A DNA stretch of 64,000 nt from Haliotis rubra (lineage: Eukaryota), in assembly GCF_003918875.1 (NCBI RefSeq), contig NW_025767288.1, forward strand, positions 558,001 through 622,000. The letters run 5' to 3'. This document shows positions 54,784 through 64,000 of this stretch, piece by piece. The stretch's first letter is position 1. Each line of letters begins with the position of its first letter. The notes beneath the pieces are model-generated. The model was not told the DNA's origin and made no database searches. It saw only the letters and a list, made by a program, of their open reading frames with translations. A program made the position numbers and the translations under genes.

Positions 54784-56568
54784 CTGGATACATAAATATT
54801 TATCAGTATTATTTGATACATCTAAGCACTTGTATATTGCAATACTACGCCCCGTCTTCTCCTTGCAAACACGTCGTGCAACGTGCTCTGTCGTAAAGCG
54901 GGCTCTGACAAACGGAAATCTGGAAATCGTGGAAATCTCAAAACGAGGCTCTGCTGCTATAAAACGTTTGGCGGTCTGGTACGGACTTGGTATTATATCA
55001 ATCACATTGTGCGTTACAATACTACACCAACGAAAAAGCCCAAAAACACAGGGCCCGTGTAACCGGCCCGACAAATGAATTGTGAATCATTTTACGTCCT
55101 CATCAAACAGGGGCAGTCTGTGACGTCTTAGTTAAGGTCACGCTGCCTCAACCTCGCCATATAATATAGAAATACGAAGTTATTAAAGTTTCAAATAAAA
55201 ATTAACTTGTGAATGCTATTTTCTTATGAAACAAGGAATTGGAATTCACTGTATCCAAAGTTGTTTGTGGTGTCTCTTTTCACTTTCACACGAGGAAGTT
55301 CGGATCGGCTGAAAAGTAGGTCATTGTCTGAATAGGTTAATAAGACTCATGTTTCGGTTTGCCACCGCCCCTAAGAATATGGACTTTGTACTGAAAGACC
55401 AGGAATCATAATCAACGCGAGTTTAGAATTTAAGCCAACGACGTACGGATCCTGGCAGCTAAGGGGCATAACTCTTAATCGTTAAAATACTTTGTCCATA
55501 TGGTCATCTATGGTCCCATTATTGGTTATTCGCGGAAGAAATATGTACACTGGTTAACCAAGTTTCATAAGTTTAAACACAAACCTTATTCTTATTTGGA
55601 AATGCGGTTTCAATGGTAATGTCCTCCAACAGCCTTAAAACATCCTTCAAACGTCATCTCCGTTAGCAATTACTCTCTTGTGGGAGGAAACAGGTCGTTT
55701 TGGGCTCCAACTTGAGAAACACTTATGTAACCCAGGAACGTTGCTGTCACAGTATATGGTGCTGAAAGAGCTCTTTACAGTCCCAATAAACGTCTACTTG
55801 TTAACGTGATATTTAAAACACCCACACTGGACAATTACAACGCCTCGTAATGACTAAACCGGCGACGGGGAACCAATGGAATAACGGTAACCAAGTGGAT
55901 TTCCATAGACATGTTGCACATTAAACACAGTCTTGGCACTTAAAGAAGGTGTCCTTTTCGTATATTCGTATAATAACATTTGAAAAGTGAGGAAAAAGCA
56001 GTTGGTAAATGATGACATGGGGATGGAGGCTGACCAACAAAGTGTTGATTCTGTTGAACGCCGTGCTCAACATATAATTTCTGAAATGAACATATTTGAC
56101 TGAAAAAAGTTCCTAAATTATCATAAAAAAAAATATAATGAAAAGGAGCAGAGGTACGTTCTTCACTTACCTGGAACTATGGTAATCTAGATTTGCCAAC
56201 ATACTCTGGACTAGCATTGGGTTTCTTGGATACATTTATTTCTGGGTCTGAGACTATGAGAATTACTGGCATCTTTTACACTGTCTTGATAATAGTTAGC
56301 ACTGTGTTGATGATAGATAACACTGCCTGGATCAAAGTATGGGTGATGGGTGACACCCTCTTCACTATGGTTAATACCTTGTGAATGACGTTTAATACTG
56401 CGTGGGTGATGGTTCACACGACTGGATAATATTCAAAGGTGTTAACACTGCATGGATAATGATAACTCTACATGTATGGTTATTAATACTGTATATATAA
56501 TGTTTATCACTGCGTGAATGGTTGTTAATATCGTTGATGACTGAGGGTTTTATTGGCTGTTTTTCTGT

Positions 56569-56835
56569 GAGTGAGTGAGTTTAGTTTCACGCCCCACTCA
56601 GCAATATTCCAGCTATATGGCGGCGGTCTGTAAATAATCGAGTCTCGACCAGACAATCCAGTGATCAACAGCATGGGCATCGATCTGCGCAATTGGGAAC
56701 CGATGACATGTGTCAACCAAGTCAGCGAACCTGACCACCCGATCCCGTTAGTCGCCTCTTACGACAAGCATAGTCGCCTTTTGTGGCAAGCATGGGTTGC
56801 TGAAGACCTATTCTACCCCGGATCTTCACGGGGTT
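56569..56835 (-). mobile_element. Headless retroposon family B, full length with a duplicated 5' hairpin module
   Basis: TSD tgtttttctgt on both sides; near-consensus body. Confidence 0.88.
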
Positions 56836-56942
56836 TGTTTTTCTGTACGAATTTCTCATTCTGTTAGAACTTGTTGAATCTTTACATGTGTTTTCACGAG
56901 TATGAATATTTACACACATTGATAAGACATCCTTTAAGAACA

Positions 56943-57333
56943 TGTTTGTTTGTCTGAGGTTTTACGCCGCACTCAGCAATATTCCAGCTGTATGGCGGCC
57001 GTCTGTTAAGTAATCGAGTCCGGACCAGACAATCCAGTGATCAACAGCATGAGCATCAATCTACGCAATTAGGATACGATGGCATGTGTCAACCAAGTCA
57101 GTGAGCCTGACCATCCAATCCCGTTAGTCGCCTAATTCTAACCCGGAGGGGCGGTGGGGTAGCCTAGTGGTTAAAGCGCTCACTCGTCACGCCCAAGTCC
57201 CGGGTTCGATTCCCCACATGGGTGAAATGTGTGAAGCCCATTTCTAGTGTCCCCCGCCCTGATATTGCTGGAATATTGCTAAAAGCGTCGTAAAACCAAA
57301 CTCACTCACTCACTATAACCCGGATGTTCACGA
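56943..57333 (-). mobile_element. Retroposon family B copy interrupted by a SINE A insertion (57148-57315, + strand)
   Basis: TSD taacccgga at 57139-57147 and 57316-57324. Confidence 0.85.
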
Positions 57334-57813
57334 GTTTTGCAAAACATGCAAGGTATCAGTCGTATAATATTATCGCTGGCGATTTAAGGGCAACATTGAA
57401 AAGGTAAACGCTTAGGATAATCAAGTTAAAACGAATGTGGATCCACGTGCAAGACCAAGACTAAAGTTCCAGATTACAGACACAGATTTGAAGCAACAGT
57501 TCCAGGAGGATCTTGTGGGAACAAATAGTTTCACATTTCCATTTTTCCAGATGTGTATAAACAGTACAAAACATAGTCCCTCAGATAGCAGAGGAAACAT
57601 GCCATCATCATTCAGCATTTCGGTCCAGTCATGACTTATCACACAGCAGCCAGCTCTGAACACTACGATAGTCACCCATGCATAGATGGTACGTGTGTAT
57701 CACGTAGTGGTATGTGATACACAGAGTTGATAGAAACTTATCTATGAAATCTCCTTTGAGGCATGAAATTCAGCCTTCATGGAGAATTAAACACGAATGG
57801 AGTACTTTTAGAA

Positions 57814-58118
57814 CTATTGATACCATTCACTATGCAGATTGACACCTGTGGGACACTTCGAGATAGCCGAAGTAAAACAGATTTACAAGCGACTACAGCA
57901 TAGAAAACGAGAGAGCTATTGATACCATTCACTACACAGATGGACACTTGTGGGACACTTCGAGATAGCCGAAGTAAAACAGATTTACAAAGCGACTACA
58001 GCATAGAAAACGAGAGAGCTATTGATAACATTCACTACACAGATGGACACCTGTGGGACACTTCGAGATAGCCGAAGTAAAACAGATCTACAAACGACTA
58101 CAGCATAGAAAACGAGAG
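57814..58118. repeat. ~102-bp tandem repeat, 3 copies
   Basis: ctattgata(c/a)cattcacta...gggacacttcgagatagccgaagtaaaacagat...gactacagcatagaaaacgagaga x3. Confidence 0.93.
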
Positions 58119-59623
58119 AAAACCTAAATGTATACACTTCAAGACTTTCACCACGGTATGACATAAATTGATAACACGAAGAATGGAAAAATACTCGCCA
58201 CAAATGATACATCGAGATAACCAAAAAGGTTAACTTATTTGCACATATGCTTCAAAAGAATGTCATCTGGTATTAAACATTTACCGTCCGAGTTAATCGG
58301 TTTCAGTAAGAATAAGTATGCAGACAGATAAAATTGAAATCGAGACGTACTGTATCACTCCTTGTCTAACCCCTGCGTCTGTGGATGTCAACAGTGGTTG
58401 ATAAGGAGTAACGTGCAAGTTTTCTGTACGTAATATTTAGTTGAGATGTTGTATTCAGATTAACGCACCTTTACCGTGTAATATAACCAGTTATTCCGAA
58501 TATTTCAAAGGAGTGGATACACTGCGAACTTTACAACAATAGTGGAAATTTAGTCATTTAGGCCTACCGTGAGTTTTCACTTTTAAGACTCAAGTTTGCA
58601 TTTAGCTCTAACCTCTGACTCAAGTATTTTCATGCAGATCCAACCTGTGACTGAAGCATTTTCATTTCCGCCTAACCTGTGACTTAAGTATTTTCATTTA
58701 GGTCTAACGTGTGACTTAAGCATTTCCATTTGGGTCTAACGTGTGACGTAATGATTTCAAATAAGGTATAACGTGTGTAAAGCTTTGTTTCTTCTTTACA
58801 CTCAGCAGTAAGTACTCGAGTATGGACCAGTCAATCCAGTGATTGCCATTATTAGTATCGACCTACGCAACTGAATATGCATCAACCAAGTCTGACCACC
58901 CTGTCCCGTTAGTCGCCTCTTACTCTTACTCATCTCGGTTGACTTCTCATGTAAGAGGCATATGTTTTGACTCAGGTAGCTTAGGGTTATCTTTGTTAGC
59001 CATAAAAGGATTCTTTGAATAAACATATTGTCAAAATCTTTGACATTGCCTACATAAATGTTTGAAGGTCAGCGTAGCTTGACAGTGAAGTACATAATTT
59101 AAGGTATACGGCTTTGTAAGCGTCCATATTTTTCAACTCATATCGTTCTCCACACGTATCACGCCCGGAGAAAGGCAATATTATGTTCACGTCAAATGTG
59201 TTTACAAGGGTGGGATAAATATAACTGTGTAATGAGGCCCCTATTAACCACGCCCCTATATCAAAGCTTATTGTGATGGCTTATTGCTTAATGCTTATGT
59301 TAATGTACCATTTATCATGAAAAAACACTAAGGTTATAACGAACTCAAGAGGACAATAAATTGTAGTTCGTGATAACCGTAGTTCTTTAAACGTACTTCG
59401 ACTAAAATGTACAAGACCAATAAAACAGTTCGTTATTTCCGTAAGTTCGTTATAAGCGTGTTCGATGTAAACGTAGTTTACTGCAGGTTTTACTGTGGCA
59501 TGTATGCATCTTGACACTAAAGTCCGAGTGCATTCTGTTTCTGAAGAGGTTCCAGGTCTCCAGAGGCGACAGAATTGGAAATAGTGGTCTGGCTCGGTAC
59601 CTTGGTTTATTGCATGTCATACT

Positions 59624-59783
59624 GAGTGAGTATGGTTTTACGCCGCTTTTAGCAATATTCCAGCAACATCACGGCGGGGACACCAGAAATGGGCTTCACA
59701 CAATGTACCCATGTTGGGAATCGAACCCGGGCCTTCGGCGTGACGGGAGAATGCTTTAACCACTAGGCTACCCCACCGTCCCG
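59624..59783 (-). mobile_element. tRNA-derived SINE family A
   Basis: Near-consensus; TSD atgtcatactg. Confidence 0.88.
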
Positions 59784-61654
59784 TATGTCATACTGCGTCC
59801 ATGACGTGGAAACAAAATGCCATTTAGAAAGTGGTCAAATGTATCATATGTTGTATTTGGGATTACACTTTCTTAGTACCGATTCTAGTACTTTTGTTGC
59901 GTTAAGTCCCATCTGGGATTCTAACCCACCCACACCCTCAGAGTCAGGCACCTACTCGCCACCACACAAAGTCAGACGCCTAACACGCTTAGCCACCGCG
60001 GCTTCCGCATGGAATGACGTTTTATTGTTTGCAGTATCGAATACAATAAAGTACGAACTACGTGTGTGACGAACACGTTTATAACGAACTAGTAAACTCC
60101 CTTTGTTCTTTGTGTCCACTGTCAACGACAGTGTTTATTTACCAATTAGCCTTTCAAAACTTCAAAACCCGTACTGCTGTTTACAGAGGCAACATGCAAT
60201 TGATGGCATGTGATAGTCGTGTCCTCTTAAGTAGAAATCTTCCAGAAAATGCGACGACAAGAGTTAAATTCAGTCTTGATGACGGTTATAACGAAATACG
60301 GCTATTACGATCTAAAACTAGTGGTACCTTTGAATTCAACGTGAAGGTAGTTTTCAATAATTTGGTTAGACCATCAAACGTTCATTCGTCAAATGAATAT
60401 TCTAACATGAATTCTTTTACAGATTTGGTACTACCCCCTGCAGTTGCACACGCTGTCTTTGATTATAAACCAAAATGCTACACTTTGGCATTTCCAACTC
60501 ATAACCCAAACTCGATGCTTATATAGATAACGTGTCATCAGGATTCCAATAATCTAACGAGTTATCAGAAAATGCACCACTTTAAAAAATAATGTTTCAC
60601 AAGATAACATTTTCGCCATGGGGCTTCCCACGAAATTAAATCAGTATTTACACAACATCTTTATACCACCGCTTGCGACATGTGAGAAGGAACAGAGACA
60701 AAATCTAGCCCAAGATTCGACAATCGCCATCATCTGCACATAATTGAATGCAGCTGATTGCAGCGTGCACACATTGCAATCCAAAGTATGCAGTATGTGT
60801 GCACTGAACACTCCCTGGCTAAACATAAATGATTGATGTGATAACTTTTAATGACCGTATATAAACACTCTTAGTGTATATATATCTCCACCATCAGCCT
60901 AGTCGATCGCTGTGCAGCAGTAACCTTGCGCACATGCAGCCGCGGGGGACGTTGTTTGGCAGGGATGAATGTCGTGCTGTCGTCAGCGGGACGTCGATGA
61001 AGATGACGTTGTGATATATTCTGTTATGAGGTTATGGTGTGTGGGACTAAGAGAATTAAATATCAACAATATATGGTACAAACATGGGGAAAATGATTTT
61101 ACGAAATGCATGTATTTAATGCATATTTTTATTACAAAACTTGCAATATTTTATGGATTAGGAGTGGTAAGTAATTACTCAAGTGCAAGAAGGGAGTTGT
61201 ACAAACTAACCAAACACGGTCCACTATCCTACACTTTCTACTGGTCAAACTGACGTGTTCTGGATGATGTCAAGGTCCAGTATCTCTGGTACGCCAGGCT
61301 TGAGATTTGAGTCGTTAACACCTTTATCTCTACTTACAGGCTATGTTCATCATCCGCACGTAAGGGATCGCACGTACCACAAATCCATCCGTGCCATACA
61401 AGCGACTGGTCAGTTAAGCTTTGTAAGTGTCATTGTCATCGATTTTAAATTAAACAGAAAGAAATTACATAAAAGTGTGACGAATGATGTACTAGTACTT
61501 ACTGATGCACACTGAAACTGGCACACAGAGAGAGTTTGTTTGTTTGCTTGTTTGTTGCTTAATAACGCACTCAGCAATATTCCAGCTATATGGTGGCTGT
61601 CTAAAGATAATCGAGTCTGGACCTGACAATCCAGTTAACTACGTAATATAGCAT

Positions 61655-61680
61655 CGAGAGAGAGAGTGAGTGAGAGGGGA

Positions 61681-61712
<32 letters not shown>

Positions 61713-61714
61713 GT

Positions 61715-61750
<36 letters not shown>

Positions 61751-61927
61751 GTGAGTGAGAGANNNNNNNNNNNNNNNNNNNNNNNNNNNNNNNNNNNNNN
61801 NNNNNNNNNNNNNNNNNNNNNNNNNNNNNNNNNNNNNNNNNNNNNNNNNNNNNNNNNNNNNNNNNNNNNNNNNNNNNNNNNNNNNNNNNNNNNNNNNNNN
61901 NNNNNNNNNNNNNNNNNNNNNNNNNNN
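61655..61927. repeat. (GA)n microsatellite running into an assembly gap (N 61763-61927)
   Basis: Direct reading. Confidence 0.95.
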
Positions 61928-62399
61928 ATATAAAATGGTGGGTCATGGGTCTATGGGTCCTGATTGTAAGCCAAAGACACTTTGTAACAATAACTATTAC
62001 AGAAAACATATCTTAAAGTGATACCTTTGGAAATATTATAACATACGCTACATATGAATGAAGTAAGTACAGGGCGTTTCCAGTGAAAGAGAACACGAGG
62101 GCGTGGACCAGTCACTGCTGGAGGGGTAATTCACACACGGAGACTGCTGAGAAACCAGGGCCTCGTGATGACATTATGTTCCCCCTGCATATACTGCTAA
62201 TAACCCCGGGGAATTGATGGGAGCTCAGATTAACACCGGAATGTCAGAGACTATTTCTGTACGTCACAGTATATCTACCCGCAATTCAATTACACGTATA
62301 TGATAATTGAGCTTGATGATATGAACGTTGCTGAAATGGCTGTATGGTTTAATGGTGTGTAAAGATTCTTGCTGTTGTTCGTAAAAGGGTTCTCTACAT

Positions 62400-62862
62400 A
62401 CCTGTTACCTGTGATGTAATGGATCACACAGTGATACCAGTTGACTAAATGTGCCATTACACGTGGTACTGGATCACAGGTTACCATGTTACCAACCATG
62501 TCATTACGCTTGACATTGAATCACATAGTGTTACCAGTTCACTATATATGTCATTACATTTGACATTTGATCATACAATGTTATATGTTTACCAAATGTG
62601 GCATTACATACACTTGACATTGGATCACATAATGTTACCAGATGTGTCATTACACTTGGCATTGAATCACACAATGTTACCAGTTTAATTTAAATAGCAT
62701 TACTCTTGGCACTGAATCACACAATGTTACCATGTTACCAGATGTGCCATTACACTTGGCATTGAATCACACAATGTTACCAGTTTAATTTAAATAGCAT
62801 TACTCTTGGCACTGAATCACACAATGTTACTATGTTACCAAAGGTGTCATTACACTTGGCAT
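62400..62862. repeat. ~40-50-bp tandem repeat (cattacacttggcattgaatcacacaatgttacc core) with a higher-order duplication
   Basis: The core recurs about 10 times; 62633-62732 is almost identical to 62733-62830. Confidence 0.88.
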
Positions 62863-63674
62863 TTTCCATGTTAAATTTGCAGACATGCCATGATGGAAGT
62901 GACGTCGTCTATAATGTGTACTTGAAATGACATCATACAAGAACTTTCTTAGTGTCAATCACTACGTATGCCATGAACCATTTCTTCAACGAACGACATT
63001 CCTATCCCTACTCTACAAATCTGTGCATTTGGAACGAACATAAACTTCCTTGCATCATATCACCTTCAGATGTTTCTGAACTAACTCTGAACGTGTCGAC
63101 ACTTCACGATAGAGCAAGCATGAATGAACCAAACCCTCAATAATTCTTTTTCGTATCAGGGAATAAATCTCCTGGAATTTGTTCAAGGTTGATAACAGCA
63201 CACTTCTCACTACAACGTCAGACGACGTGTGATATCTGGATTTCAACGTGCAGTAATTAGACACAGGGTGCGATTTGTTAACACGGAGGTACAACCTTGA
63301 TGAATGTAAGCAGCTGTGTTGTAGCCGGCGGTAGTTCCCGCATTATATTGCCATGTCCCTACACATGCCGTAACACGTCAAGTCACGCTGACACCTTCGT
63401 CTAATAATATTCCAACGTAACGCTGAGAGGAACCCTCTCAACGATACGCGGTTTGTTTATTTCACCTATGTTTGAAGGTAAACAGAGAATGTGGAGAAAC
63501 ATCTGTTAGGTAAGTGCAGCTGTTCTGGATGAATTGATCCTATGGTTGAGGTTGATGTACAACAGTTGTGTTAATTCCCAAAGTATGACCGGCACATGAC
63601 TACAAGACTTAATTACTTTGTGCCATGTTAACGTCAGCAACGTAGACGTGATCATATCCCAGTTACATTATATT

Positions 63675-63903
63675 ATCCGGGTTAAAATTGGTCTTCAGCA
63701 ACCCATGCTTGTCGTAAGAGGTGAATAACGGGATTGGGTGGTCAGGCTCGCTGACTCGATTGACATATGTCATCGTATCCCAATTGTGTAGATCGATGGT
63801 CATGATGTTGATCACTGGATTGTCTGGACCACACTCCATTATTTACTGACCCCCACCATATAAGTTGGATATATTTTGCTGAGAGCTCCGTTTAACAACA
63901 AAC
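63675..63903 (+). mobile_element. Headless retroposon family B (diverged)
   Basis: atccgggttaaaattggtcttcagcaacccatgcttgtcgtaagagg...gatcactggattgtctgg. Confidence 0.82.
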
Positions 63904-64000
63904 TTAATGCGGCCAAACACGGTTTACTAATTCAAAACAATTTACAGTCAAAAGTCATTATTCAAATGTGGGTAGATAGTTATGACCATAACTGCATTTT

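Noticed and set aside
56165-56420. Strong minus-strand donor (cag|gtaagt at ~56170) as the receptor's first coding exon
   Set aside because: The phase-1 frame has a stop just upstream with no ATG, and the ATG-containing frame ends in phase 2 and is not signal-peptide-like. It could at most be a non-coding exon.
57814-58118. Repeat array superficially like CRISPR (also 19409-19676)
   Set aside because: Whole units repeat without unique spacers, the context is eukaryotic, and there are no cas genes.
60062-60526. 154-aa plus-strand ORF
   Set aside because: It has a GTG start and no recognisable domain, and overlaps ttataacgaa-type MITE-like sequence also seen at 59330-59490.

Overview
Eukaryotic (animal) genomic DNA: AT-rich, intron-rich and dense in repeats. 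The repeat content suggests an invertebrate, possibly a mollusc; that is inference only. Three protein-coding genes can be spliced by hand with consistent reading frames. (1) The 5' six coding exons of a MORN-repeat radial spoke gene, RSPH10B (minus strand, 9830 to 5410, continuing off the left edge); a decayed DIRS-type tyrosine-recombinase retrotransposon (~1-5140) lies in its intron. (2) A complete six-exon PQ-loop gene, SLC66A3/PQLC3 (plus strand, 10062-14731), head-to-head with RSPH10B and carrying a GT-AG minor-spliceosome (U12-type) intron. (3) A latrophilin-like adhesion GPCR (minus strand, 19 exons from 50486 to 20490, ~1040 codons; the signal-peptide exon was not identified) with the architecture furin site / EPN C-type lectin / mucin stalk with a coding VNTR / HRM / GAIN-GPS / 7TM. 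Introns and intergenic DNA hold a tRNA-Asp-like SINE, a second headless retroposon sharing the same 3' tail and starting with a pseudoknot-like 5' structure, several MITE families, a Penelope-like fragment with a minimal hammerhead motif in the presumed receptor 3' UTR, tandem repeats and two assembly gaps. Most of the ORF-track entries are spurious.
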